In this document: positions 23,161 to 33,307 of the stretch, piece after piece
How positions within the stretch are numbered: position 1 is the first letter of the stretch
Layout: the number at the start of each line of letters is the position of its first letter
DNA from: an uncultured Actinomycetes bacterium
GTDB taxonomy: Bacteria; Actinomycetota; Acidimicrobiia; Spongiisociales; DATADW01
Assembly: GCA_963824995.1 (NCBI GenBank)
Contig: CAWGRK010000014.1
Coordinates: 1-64,000 of the forward strand
Direction of reading: 5' to 3'
Length of the DNA: 64,000 nt
Position numbers and translations under genes: made by a program
The notes under the pieces: model-generated
What the model was told of the DNA's origin: nothing
The model's input: only the letters and a program-made list of their open reading frames with translations
Database searches by the model: none

Positions 23161-23537
23161 TCACTCTTGGAGTCTCGTCTGACTGCGTGCGCCTGTTCGT
23201 GCCACGTCTGGAGACGCTGTTCGATGTGTGGGCGGGACCTCGCCCTCATGTCGCCGTAGGGCCCGCCGCCGTACGGACCGCGCCATCCACCCCGCCAAGG
23301 TCCCCACCAGAACGCCTTCCCGATGATGAACAGGAAGAAGAACAGCGGGAAGATGAACCAGGGGAAGAACCCCCATCCGTAGCCGCGGTGACCGACTTGG
23401 ACCACCGTGGTCGTTTCCCCGGCCGTCGCCGCCACCCCCTGATCGAAGCCGATCTGATACACGCCGTAGCCGATGGCGGCGACGACACCGATTACGAGCA
23501 CGGTGAGCAACACGCTCAACCAGACTCGACGGTTCAT
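23161..23537 (-). CDS. Small membrane protein (two hydrophobic segments, Gly/Trp-rich), likely TCS target
   Basis: AAAGGAG RBS; MNRRVWLSVLL...GWGFFPWFIFPLFFFLFII...WHEQAH; 3' end uncertain. Confidence 0.75.
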
Positions 23538-23581
23538 GGTCACTCCTTTCATCTGTGACCATCACATCGTCGGTCGAGAAC

Positions 23582-23609
23582 GTGGAGATGGTGTGAACGT
23601 CGTATGGAG
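23582..23609 (-). promoter_or_regulatory. Putative OmpR-type response regulator boxes
   Basis: GTGGAG / GTGAAC / ATGGAG at 23582, 23593, 23604 (11-bp period) upstream of membrane protein-RR-HK operon. Confidence 0.5.
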
Positions 23610-23615
23610 GTCCTG

Positions 23616-23645
23616 GGACGGCGGACGGCGGACGCGGACGGCGGA
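23616..23645. repeat. Heptamer tandem repeat GGACGGC, about 4 copies
   Basis: Direct reading; one copy lacks a G. Confidence 0.75.
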
Positions 23646-23792
23646 GCAAGAGGTAGACGGAAGCGGAAGAGATGAGGCATGCAGGCGGTGGAGGGAGGCA
23701 CGCTCTTCGAGTCACCGGGTTTGGAGGGATGGCCGCAACCGAGATCCGGCGCGCCCGTCTCGCTGGTGCGAACGCTCTAGGAGAACGTGATG

Positions 23793-23820
23793 ACTAAGTA
23801 CTAAGTACTAAGTACTGAGT
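23793..23820. repeat. Heptamer tandem repeat ACTAAGT x3 + ACTGAGT
   Basis: Direct reading; AT-rich patch just after stop codon at 23831. Confidence 0.85.
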
Positions 23821-23830
23821 AATCCGGCGA

Positions 23831-25396
23831 TCACGAAGTGATCGCCGTGTCTTTCAATACAGCCATTGCAGCGTTGCGGCCGTTGACGGCGATGACGCTC
23901 CCGCCGGGATGGGTGGCGGCGCCGCAGAGATACACGCCGTCGGCACCCGTTCGGTAGGGGAGACGCCGGTCCCACATGAAGGCGGGGAGGCACTCGCCCT
24001 GGAAGATGTGGCCCCCGGCGAGCCCGATTCGCTCCTCGACGTCGGGTGGCCCGTCGATGTGCCGTTGCTCGACCAGGTGGGAGAACCCCGGGGCGAAGCG
24101 TTCGATCGAGCGAGTTACGAGGTCGCCCACCGCCTCGCGCCTCTCGTCCCAGGTGCCTGAGGCGAAGGTGTGGGGGACGTATTGGCAGAAGGCGGAGAGC
24201 ACGTGCTTGCCGGGCGGAGCGATCGATGGGTCGTAGACCGTTTGGAAATACAGCTCGCACCACAAGTCTTCGGCCAACTCGCCACGGGTGGCGGCGAGGA
24301 AGGACTCGTGCATGGCCTCGGGTCCGGTGGTGATCTCCACCTGGGCCGAGGTGGCATGGGGGACGCCGAAGTCAGGAAGAGCGGACAAGGCGTATGTGAC
24401 TTTCACCACCGGAGAACTCCGGGGCACCTCCTCGACCCGTCGCAGGAACGATGCAGGTGCCGCCGCCCCGAGCAACGCGGCGGCCCTCTCCGGGTCGGCA
24501 TTGCACAGGACGACAGGCGCATGGATGACGCCACCCTCGACCAATTCCACACCCTCGCCAGGCAGGATGCTGGCGACCTCGACACCGGTCGCCAACAAGG
24601 CACCGGCCTCTCGAGCAGCATCTGCGAGTGCAGCCGATACCGTCCCCATGCCCCCCGAGACGAATCCCCATGTCCCCGCCTTCCCTTCGAGCCGGCCGGA
24701 CGAGTGGTGGAACTCGATCGATGCCGTACCGCGGTCGAAGGGCGAGGCGTTGGTCCCGATCACGCCTTGACCGGCGTAAGCGGTCACCAGCCGGTCGTCC
24801 TTGAAGAAGCTCTTCAGGTGGTCGATCTGCGACTGTTCGAAGAGGACATGGATCAGGTCAGGGTCGCCACCCAGCCGGTCTTCGATCTCAGAGCGGGAGG
24901 GTGGCTCTCCGAGCCATACGTCGCCGTCACCCTCGGGTCGGAGCGCGTCCCGTATCCGGTCCCACAGTCGTTGCCTGGCGAGATAGCCCTCCACGTCCGG
25001 CGGGGAGAGCCGTGCGATCTCGGCAACGGTGCGGTCGGTGTCGGACCAGCAGGTCAGCGAGGTGCCGTCGGCGAACGGGACGAAGAGATCGGGGTCGATG
25101 GTCGTCACGGCGAAACCGTGGCGGCGCAGATCGAGGTCGTCGATGACCCTTGTGTGGAGCAGCCCGGCCAGGTAGGCGCAGGGCGAGATCTGATACCCGG
25201 GCCACATCTCCTCGACCGTGGCGGCGCCGCCGAGCCGGTCTCGTCTTTCCACCACGAGGACCTGGTTGCCGGCTTTGGCGAGGTATGCGGCGGCCGCGAG
25301 CCCGTTGTGCCCGCCCCCAACGACGATGGCATCCCAATTCCTGGTGACTATTTCCTGGGGGACAACCGGTGCGCGCAGGCGATCGAGGAGGTTCAC
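23831..25396 (-). CDS. Phytoene desaturase-family FAD/NAD(P) oxidoreductase (PYROXD2-like)
   Basis: VVGGGHNGL, GGAA, GGMGTVS, GGHIFQGE, YLCGAATHPGGSV; intact ORF. Confidence 0.9.
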   Translation of the reverse strand: MNLLDRLRAPVVPQEIVTRNWDAIVVGGGHNGLAAAAYLAKAGNQVLVVERRDRLGGAATVEEMWPGYQISPCAYLAGLLHTRVIDDLDLRRHGFAVTTIDPDLFVPFADGTSLTCWSDTDRTVAEIARLSPPDVEGYLARQRLWDRIRDALRPEGDGDVWLGEPPSRSEIEDRLGGDPDLIHVLFEQSQIDHLKSFFKDDRLVTAYAGQGVIGTNASPFDRGTASIEFHHSSGRLEGKAGTWGFVSGGMGTVSAALADAAREAGALLATGVEVASILPGEGVELVEGGVIHAPVVLCNADPERAAALLGAAAPASFLRRVEEVPRSSPVVKVTYALSALPDFGVPHATSAQVEITTGPEAMHESFLAATRGELAEDLWCELYFQTVYDPSIAPPGKHVLSAFCQYVPHTFASGTWDERREAVGDLVTRSIERFAPGFSHLVEQRHIDGPPDVEERIGLAGGHIFQGECLPAFMWDRRLPYRTGADGVYLCGAATHPGGSVIAVNGRNAAMAVLKDTAITS

Positions 25397-25571
25397 GGTG
25401 GCGTCACGGTATCAGCGGGAGGGATCCTGAAGTTCGGGACTGTGAGCCGGAGCGGGATGCTGGCGACACCAGCCTCGGTTGCACCGCCTCGGCGGGACGG
25501 GTGTTGCGGTGACGAGCGCGATCACCAGGGTGTCGATCGCCGCCTCTTCTGGTCTCGTGAGAGACCGGGTG

Positions 25572-25760
25572 TCAGCTTGCGACGCGCCCCTCGAGCAGTT
25601 CCTCCGAGAGGACATCTGCGATGTGGAAGGTGACCGAGTCGCCGGCCGTGTGGTACGGCTCGGTGAGGATCATGACGATCCGGCTCGGCCCCCGGGTAAG
25701 GACGTGTCCCACGTACTCGTGTTCTCCGTCACGCTGCTTGGTCCGAATCTTGACAACCAT
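25572..25760 (-). CDS. Hypothetical 62-aa protein
   Basis: MVVKIRTKQRDGEHEYVG...LEGRVAS; GGGAG RBS, upstream promoter motif, downstream hairpin 25549-25568. Confidence 0.6.
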   Translation of the reverse strand: MVVKIRTKQRDGEHEYVGHVLTRGPSRIVMILTEPYHTAGDSVTFHIADVLSEELLEGRVAS

Positions 25761-25792
25761 TGCCCTACTCCCCAAGACAAACCAGCCACTCG

Positions 25793-25821
25793 TTATCGGC
25801 TGCCCCACTGCCGGGACTTGA
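25793..25821 (-). promoter_or_regulatory. Putative sigma-28 (FliA/WhiG) promoter
   Basis: TCAAG-N16-GCCGATAA; -10 octamer is a perfect consensus match. Confidence 0.55.
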
Positions 25822-25941
25822 CCGATTTGTCCATCCCCCAGAACGGTCGTCTTGAACGCTACACGACGTCGCGCGGCCACGCAACGAGAGATTCCCACGA
25901 TCTGTGGCCGGTAGTGTGCGCAGTGTGGCCGGAGGACGCAG

Positions 25942-26691
25942 TCAGTCGCGCTTGTCGGCGCCACCGAGGACCTCGGCGGCATCCTCCATGCTGAATCGCC
26001 CGACCGTCACTTCTCGTCCCACCACCACACCTGCGAGCCTGCGGCCGGCGGCCTCGAGCTTGGTGAGGGCGGTGAGGTCGGCCAGGTTCCGCACCCCTCC
26101 GGCTGCGATGACGGGCTGTTCCACCGTCTCCAGTGCGGTTCGGATGACGTCGAAGTTGGGCGGCTCGGCGAGCGAATCGCGACCGGCCTCTGCGACCATC
26201 ACTGATGCAACTCCAGCCGAGGACAACTCGATGAGAACCTCTTCGAGGAATCGCCCGCTGTTCGAAGTCCACCCACGGGTGGCGAGTTCTTCGTCGTCGC
26301 GGACATCGAGGCTGACCGATATCCGATTCGGATAGAGCCGGCACAGATCCCAGACCATGTTCTGGTCTTCTATGGCGGCGGTCCCCATCACCACCCGCCA
26401 TGCGCCGGCGGTGAGCATCCGATCCACCTCAGCTGGGGAACGGATGCCACCGGCGACCTGGACGGGCAGGTCCAACTCGGAGAGCATTCGGTGGATGAGA
26501 GCACGGTTGTCCCCGTCGCGGCGGGCAGCTGCATCGAGGTCCACGATGAGAAGTCGCGGCGCACCGCGAGCTTCCCACCGACGCGCCCAGGCGAGCGGAT
26601 CGGTGTCGAGGGCGATGGCCTGATCGATATCGCCCCGCGGCAGCCTCACCGCCCGACCACCGAGGATGTTGACCCGGGCGTATAGGTCCAC
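25942..26691 (-). CDS. HisA/PriA-related TIM-barrel protein (divergent paralogue)
   Basis: GGRAVRL, VDLDAA, QVAGGIR, RVVMGTAA, SLDVR, TRGW, IAAGGV; no his genes adjacent. Confidence 0.85.
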   Translation of the reverse strand: MDLYARVNILGGRAVRLPRGDIDQAIALDTDPLAWARRWEARGAPRLLIVDLDAAARRDGDNRALIHRMLSELDLPVQVAGGIRSPAEVDRMLTAGAWRVVMGTAAIEDQNMVWDLCRLYPNRISVSLDVRDDEELATRGWTSNSGRFLEEVLIELSSAGVASVMVAEAGRDSLAEPPNFDVIRTALETVEQPVIAAGGVRNLADLTALTKLEAAGRRLAGVVVGREVTVGRFSMEDAAEVLGGADKRD

Positions 26692-26769
26692 GACCCGAGC
26701 GAGGCTACTCGGGCGCCCGTCCCGCTACGCCGGGCGCCGGGATTGGCATTCCACTACCCACGAGCCGGC

Positions 26770-27843
26770 TCAGTTTGGCCGCCTGTCGGCAGCGAGGAAG
26801 AAGAGCTGGTCGGCAGCATCGCCCATGGCGGCGAACCTGGCGTCGCGTGTCTGTCCCCGCTGCCAGCGGACGTGGATCTGTTGGAGGATCACCGCCATCT
26901 TGAAGCTGCCGAACACGAGGTACCACGGGAGATGAGAGAGATCCCTGCCGCGTGGCATCGGCATAACGCTGCGCCGCATCAGCACGGTCGAGGAAGCCCG
27001 GGACCGTGGTCGGCATCGGGTTGAGCGCCGAGGGGATCTCATCGGGTCGGTACCAGACGGCGAGCAACGTACCCAGATCGGCCAGTGGATCGCCGCGGGT
27101 CGTCATGTCCCAGTCGTAGACGGCGACGCACCGGCCGGGATCCTCGGGGTGGACCGCCATGTTGTCCAACCGCCAATCGTTGTGGACGAGCGTGGCTGGG
27201 GGCGATGAGGGCATGTGTTCGGGAAGCCATTTCGCGAGGTCCTCTGGCGACTGGCTTGGGGCCATGACTCGCTCGGTGCATACGCTCGATCCAACCCCCC
27301 ACCTGTCGGTCTAGGAATCCCTCGGGGTGACCCAGATCGGCGAGACCGGCCGCAGCCGGATCGACCGAATGAAAGGTGACGAGGGTGTCGATCACGACCT
27401 CGGACAGCTTTTGGTTGCGCGTTCGGGTCGCTCCCGCCGCCGAATTCGCCGGAACCCCATCTCGTACCACTACTCCGTGGCGCCGCTCCATCACGAAGAA
27501 CTCCGTCCCGATCACCGAGGGGTCGTCGCAATGGAGATAGGCGCGCGGCGCAAGCGGGAAGGCCGACCACAGGTTGGCCAACACCCGGTACTCGCGGGCC
27601 ATGTCATGCGAATGTCGGCGCCACCGGGCCCAGCGGGGGTCGGCGGAGGACGTACTCGGTGGTACCGAATCGCAACAGATAGGTGAGGTTGGCTTTGCCC
27701 CCGGCGAACTGGGCCACTTCCATCGGCTCTTTCGCTCCGGGCAGACGGGGGGCGAGATATGAAGCGAGTCGCTCGTGGTCGAAGTCCTCGTCGGCTCGGA
27801 CGGGGATCACTTCGGGGCGGTTCTCGGCCCCGACGGCCTCCAT
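26770..27843 (-). CDS. Phosphotransferase (APH/ACAD10-like) family protein, indels
   Basis: QFAGGKANLTY, VLRRPP, HDMAREYRVL, LVHNDWRLDN, DWDMTTRGDPLADLG. Confidence 0.9.
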
Positions 27844-27907
27844 CGCATCGAGACTACCGGTTAGCGTCCCGGTGAGACGAGGAGGCATCCGACTGACCGA
27901 GCGAGCG

Positions 27908-29562
27908 ATGTTCCCGTTATCCGATCAGATCGTGGATGACATGGTCGAGATGAGCCCGATGCTCGCCGTCAGCCTCGGAATCCAGGAACGACCGATCGGA
28001 GTGGGACGACCTCAGCCCCGAGGGCTTGGACGCCTTCGACGAGATGCGCGCCAGGCACCGAAAAGCCATCGACCAATTGCCGCCCCCAGATGACCGATGG
28101 GACCGTCTTGCCCGGGAGGTCGCCATCGAGTTGATCGAGGAGCTGCAGTGACGAGCACGCCAGAGGCGAGGACCTGCGCGATCTCAACAGCATCGCCTCC
28201 CCGTTCCAACAATTGCGGGAGACCCTCGACCTGATGCCGCTGGACACTCCCGAGGATCAGGACCTCGTGACACGCCGTATCGGATCACTCGATCGGTTCT
28301 ATCGGGGTCTCAGCGCCAGTCTGGAGGAGGCTCGGAGCCGTGGCTTGACCGTGGCGAGGCGCCAGGTGGAATCGGTGATCGATCAGACATCGAAACTGGC
28401 GAGTGGAGACGGCCTCCAGTCACTCGAGAGGCGCCTCCCCGAGGGCTGCGCCCAGCGCGACCGCTTTGCCGCCGCCGTCGCCACGGCCAATCGAGCGGTT
28501 GGCGACTTCGGCGATTACCTGCGAGACACCTATCTCGAGGCGGCCCGGGAGGAGGACGGGGTAGGTGAAGAGCGCTACGTCACAGCGGCACGAGGGTTCC
28601 TCGGATGTGAGATCGATCCGTCCGAGGCCTACCAGTGGGGTTGGGATGAGGTGTCTCGCGCTGACGGCGAGAGCCCGGACCCTGGCCGACCAGATATCGC
28701 CCGGCGCACCGCCCGCTGAGGTGATCGCGATGCTTCGGTCCGACCCCGAGCACGCAGCCGCTACCCACGAGGAATTCGTTCAGACGATGCAGGAGCGACA
28801 GGAAGCGGCCTTACGGGCACTCGAGGGCGTCCACTTCGACGTTCCGTCCGAGATCCGCGCAGATAACGATCAACCTCGCTCCACCCGGGACGGCGCTCGG
28901 AGCCTTCTACCAGGCTCCGTCCGAGGACTTCTCACGACCCGGCGGGGTCTGGTACGCGCTTCCCGACGATCCGCACGTCCCCCTCTATGAGGAAGTGTCG
29001 GTCGCCTATCACGAGGGCTTTCCTGGCCATCATCTCCAGATCGGGACCCAGATGCTGACGGGGGATCGCCTCAGCCGGTTGCATCGCAGTGTTGTGTGGT
29101 ACTCGGGGTCGGGAGAGGGCTGGGCGCTGTACGCCGAGCGTCTCATGGAGGAGTTGGGGTACTTCGAAAGACCCGAGTACGTGCTCGGGAATGGTCGTCT
29201 CGCATCTCCTCCGTGCCTGCCGGGTGGTCATCGACATCGGGTGCCACGTCGGGTACCCGGTACCCGATACAGCGCCTATCGCCGGCGGAGAAAAATGGAA
29301 TTTCGACCTCGGGGTGAAGGTGCTCGAAGAACTGGCTTTCCAGGCGAACGACTACGCCGTGAGCGAGGTCACCAGATACCTCGGCTGGCCGGGTCAGGCG
29401 ATCTCCTACAAACTGGGGGAGCGGGTCATCCTCGACTTGCGGGAAAGCGAGAAGCGGCGACTCGGCGAGCGGTTCAGTCTGAGAGACTTTCACGACAGAG
29501 TCCTCGAAATCGGCCCGGTCGGTCTCGACCTCCTCACCCGAGAAGTCTCGAGCACGGACTGA
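27908..29562 (+). CDS. DUF885 family protein (putative metallopeptidase), indels
   Basis: AYHEGFPGHHLQ, GEGWALYAERLM, RACRVVIDIG, RYLGWPGQAISYKLGER. Confidence 0.9.
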
Positions 29563-29696
29563 ACAGACGGCACGGGACGGAAGTCAGGTGGCGGCTCAGG
29601 CCACGTTCGCCCGGCTCGGAGCGGTTGGCCCCTCCGGCTCAGCTCGATGGGTGTGCACTGTCCGCGTCATGGACGTCACCGCGCTACCGTCTATCC

Positions 29697-31062
29697 TCAC
29701 CCACACGCTCTGCACGAGCATGTTGTAGGGGTTCACAGCGGCGCCGCCGTTGGGGTGGAACTCGAAGTGGACATGGGGCGGGCTGCCCTTGGCGTTGCCG
29801 GTGTTCCCGACGTATCCGATCACGGTGCCGCCCTCGACCCAACCGCCGGCGCCAAAGGCGGCGAGATGGCTTGACGAGTAGTAGTGGCCGTTGTCACCGA
29901 CGACGCGGACCTGGTCTGCCGCCGATGTCGCCGACCCAGGCAGCGACCCAACCCGAGACTGGTGCTCTGACCGGGGTGCGCCTCGGAGCGAAGAGGTCGA
30001 TTCCGGCATGAGTCCGACCTCCCGGGCGTGGGGCACCGAAGTCGTTGATGAACTGGGCACCTCTGACCGGGCACTTGATCGATTGGGACTCGGGCGTAGC
30101 ACCTCCGTTGGGCACGCGCAGCCTCATCCCGATGGTCAGGGCGTCGGGGTTGGGGATGTCATTGGCTCGGATCAGTTCACCGGCAGTGGTCCCGTACCGG
30201 AGCGCTATCTGCCACAGCATCTCCCCGGGCCGGACAACGTGGATTCCCCATCCGATTGGGAGCCTCACCGCCGCCGCTACCTCCGCCGCTACCTCCGCCG
30301 CCTCCACCGTCACCGCCGCCCGTTCCTCCATCGCCGCCGCCACCGGGGACTCGCAGCCGCATCCCGATCCTGAGGGCGTCCGGGTTGGGGATGTCGTTGG
30401 CTCTGATGAGCGCACCTGCCGTCGTCCCGTAGCGGAGCGCGATCTCCCACAACAACTCACCTCGCCGCACGACGTGGATTCCCCACCCGATCGGAGCCGT
30501 TACCGCCGCCACCGGAACCACCACCGCCACTTCCGCCGTCCACCTGCCACCGGCTGTCACCCGCTGCCGCCCCCGGTACACGGAGTCGCATCCCGATCCT
30601 GAGGGCGTCCGGGTTGGCGATGTCATTGGCCCGCACCAGGACGGCGGTCGTGGTGTCGTAGCGAATGGCTATCTCCCAGAGCAGATCACCGGCAGCAACG
30701 ACGTGGATCTTCCACCCACCTTGCTTTCCGTGTGCCGGACCCCCCCCCGCCTGAACCGTGCCCGAACCGCCGCCGGAATGCCCCCACTACCGGGGACCAC
30801 GAGACGCGTTCCTGGGAAGATGACGTTGGGGTTGTCGATGCCGTTGGCGCGCACCAATGCACCGACGGTGGTGCCGAAGCGCGCCGCGATCTGCCAGAGA
30901 GTCTCGCCCAGCTGGACCACGTGGTAGCGAGGCCCATTGCGTGCTGAAGCGATGAGGGGAGTGGCTGTCGCTACGGGGCCAACGCGGCAGCCAGACAAGA
31001 CCGAGGATGGCAGCGATGACGAGGACGACATGCCGATTGGGGGGCTTGATGAGCGTGGCCAT
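29697..31062 (-). CDS. LysM x4 + M23 peptidase, secreted cell-wall hydrolase, indels
   Basis: Four HVV..G..LW.IA.R.GTT...L.RANDI.NP..L.IG.RLRVP units with poly-Gly linkers; HAGIDL and PHVHFE zinc motifs. Confidence 0.9.
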
Positions 31063-31103
31063 TTTCGAACTACCTCCGCGTCTCCGCCCGCTTCGGTCAC
31101 CTC

Positions 31104-31133
31104 AACCTAACCCCCCTTGCTCGAGAGGTGCAA
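31104..31133 (-). promoter_or_regulatory. Putative housekeeping-sigma promoter for LysM-M23 gene
   Basis: TTGCAC-N18-TAGGTT. Confidence 0.45.
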
Positions 31134-31407
31134 TAGGAGATTGAGCCAGACTGCCATCCACCTCTACTAGAGATTAAAGGTTCGGTAGTTAGATGTGTTA
31201 CAAGGTATCTGAGCGATTGGTGGCAGTTCGCAAAGTCGGGATGGTGATTGTTGACGCTTCCCGTTGGGCCGCCCCAGTGATTTGCCCAATTTCACCCAAG
31301 ACATCCCGTTCGGGTTTCAGACCGGTCGATAAGCGGGAACGCTGCAGTGGCACCGACGACTTCTCTACGACCGACAGCCGGGCATTTGCGGTCGGATGGA
31401 CATCCCC

Positions 31408-32838
31408 ATGAGGACTGAGCGCAGACTGGAGGAAACCCCTAACCTGCTCTCAGTGAGCGGTCGCCGGGGGTACGACGGGGCCTGGTCTGCGGAGCCGGCT
31501 TCATTGCTGCAACGACGGTTCGGGGCATCGGGTATTGCCGCGCTCTGGGCGACGCTCGTACTGAGCGGTCCGACCGTCCTCCTCGGCTTCAGCCTCGCGT
31601 CCGAGGGTTTGAGCCTCTCGACGCGAGCAGATGGCCATAGCGATGCCGATCGGGGCGGTGGTGGGTGGCACCATCCTCTCCCTCGCGGCATGGGCCGGCG
31701 CTTACAACGGGGTCCCTACCGTGCTGGCATTGCGTCCTGCATTCGGCTCCAGCGGGGCGGCGCTCTTCGGATTGATGGTGGTCCTCACGCTGGGAGGCTG
31801 GGCAGCCGTCCAGCTTCAGGCCGCCGCAGACACTGTGGAAATGGCCTTTCTGCGCGTAGGTCTGACCGCTCCCCCAGACGGGGCGACCATCTCGATCATC
31901 GGCCTCGTTTCCGTCGCCCTCGCCCTGATCGGGCCGTCCAAGGTCACGGTGCGATGGATCAGCCGCGTGGTCTTCTGGGTGGCTGTGCGTCACCGTCGGG
32001 CTCGTCATCTGGTTGTTGTCCACCAAACCGATCCCCGGCGCCGGTGCCATCAGACGCCAGCGCGCTCTGGCTCGGGATCGACGCCGTCATCGCCCTCGGG
32101 ATTCTCTGGTTCCCGCTGATCGGCGACGTGAGCCGGTTTGCCTCGGACGAGGCGGTGGCCGCCTCGGGGACCGCACTCGGGTTCGGGTTGACCGTCCTCA
32201 TCGGGTCGCTGATCGGTGGAACCGCGGCGCTGCTCGGCGAAGGACCGGCAGACATCGCCGCCGGGATTTCTTCGTCATTGCCGGGCTACGCCGGGTTGGC
32301 CGTGATCGTTGTGTGGATGCTGACGGTCCAGGCGCTCCTGCCCTTTGCGGTCGGGTACGCCGCGGGCATGTGCGTTGTCTCGCTCACTGGCCGGCGTATC
32401 GGGAAGGCGGTCGCCGTGGCAACGGTGCTCGGGATCATGGCCGTCGCCATGGTGCTGCAGCCCGAATCGGTCGCCACGCTCGAGCTTCCGTTGGTGATCG
32501 TCGGGGCGGTCGCCGCCGTCTACCTCATCGACTTCTACGTCGTCAGGAGGCAGGTGTACAGGACCGATCAGCTCTATGGCAGGCGGAGGCTCCTATGGAG
32601 TGCTCAACCCTTGGGGCTGGTTGGCGGTCGCCGTCGGTGTGATCGGCTCACTCCTCGTCCACCCGTCGGACCGGCCCCGATGGTGGAGTGGATCGAGAGC
32701 CTCCCATTCCGGGCCCAGCTGAACGATCTCGCTCTGCCTGGCCTGGTCACGTCCATAGTCGCCGCCGCTCTCACCTACTGGATCCTGGGTCGAATGATGG
32801 TGCGCGAGGAGGTCGTGGTCTCCCACGTCCGGCTCTGA
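31408..32838 (+). CDS. NCS1 / cytosine-purine permease-like transporter, indels
   Basis: GVPTVLALRPAFG, GGWAAVQ, WFPLIGDVSRF, YLIDFYVVRRQVY; multiple hydrophobic segments. Confidence 0.75.
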   Translation: MRTERRLEETPNLLSVSGRRGYDGAWSAEPASLLQRRFGASGIAALWATLVLSGPTVLLGFSLASEGLSLSTRADGHSDADRGGGGWHHPLPRGMGRRLQRGPYRAGIASCIRLQRGGALRIDGGPHAGRLGSRPASGRRRHCGNGLSARRSDRSPRRGDHLDHRPRFRRPRPDRAVQGHGAMDQPRGLLGGCASPSGSSSGCCPPNRSPAPVPSDASALWLGIDAVIALGILWFPLIGDVSRFASDEAVAASGTALGFGLTVLIGSLIGGTAALLGEGPADIAAGISSSLPGYAGLAVIVVWMLTVQALLPFAVGYAAGMCVVSLTGRRIGKAVAVATVLGIMAVAMVLQPESVATLELPLVIVGAVAAVYLIDFYVVRRQVYRTDQLYGRRRLLWSAQPLGLVGGRRRCDRLTPRPPVGPAPMVEWIESLPFRAQLNDLALPGLVTSIVAAALTYWILGRMMVREEVVVSHVRL

Positions 32839-32841
32839 CGA

Positions 32842-33252
32842 TCAGTCGCTCTTCCCCACCATCGTCACTGCCTTGCTCACCCAATCGGCGGCGCGACCCT
32901 CGGGCACCTGGGCGGCATTCGCCAACTCGGCGGGCGACGCCTCGGCGACCGCGGTCAGCGTTCCGAACCCGGCTGCGTAGAGGCGACTCTGGTAGACGGG
33001 ACCGATCCCGGCGATCACCGTCAGATCGTCCTGCTCCGATGCCGCCGGGGCCGCCGGCGGGGCGGTGCCACCCGGAAGGTCGGCCGCTCGGGCTCGCGGG
33101 GAACCACGAGTGAGATGAACCGATCCCGCATCGCCCAAACCAGAGCGGCGACGCCTGCGATCACGGCGATCAGACCGCGCCGCCCGCCACGTCCCTCCGG
33201 ATTCGCCATCCTCTGGAACGGCGATCTCCGCCTCTTCGGACGATGGGTTCAT
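32842..33252 (-). CDS. Membrane-anchored helix-hairpin-helix protein, indels
   Basis: N-terminal hydrophobic segment LIAVIAGVAALVWAM; DDLTVIAGIGPVYQSRLYAAG HhH motif. Confidence 0.7.
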   Translation of the reverse strand: MNPSSEEAEIAVPEDGESGGTWRAARSDRRDRRRRRSGLGDAGSVHLTRGSPRARAADLPGGTAPPAAPAASEQDDLTVIAGIGPVYQSRLYAAGFGTLTAVAEASPAELANAAQVPEGRAADWVSKAVTMVGKSD

Positions 33253-33307
33253 CCATGCGTCCGAGAATGGTAGACGCCGACCCCACTCGCCGTCCTATGG
33301 TCGCCCC

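Noticed and set aside
25470..25545. c-di-GMP-II riboswitch (GGTGCAACCG on minus strand)
   Set aside because: No matching GGGCAC pseudoknot partner or 5' GGAA..UGA kink-turn element.
30100..30930. Regularly spaced ~135-bp repeats that could look like a CRISPR array
   Set aside because: They are LysM-coding repeats with poly-Gly linkers; no cas genes and wrong repeat/spacer sizes.
31200..31330. c-di-AMP (ydaO) riboswitch upstream of the LysM-M23 gene
   Set aside because: Only weak fragments (CTGAAACCCGAA, TTGGGTGAA); the conserved CCCGAACCCGUCAGCUAAC segment is absent.
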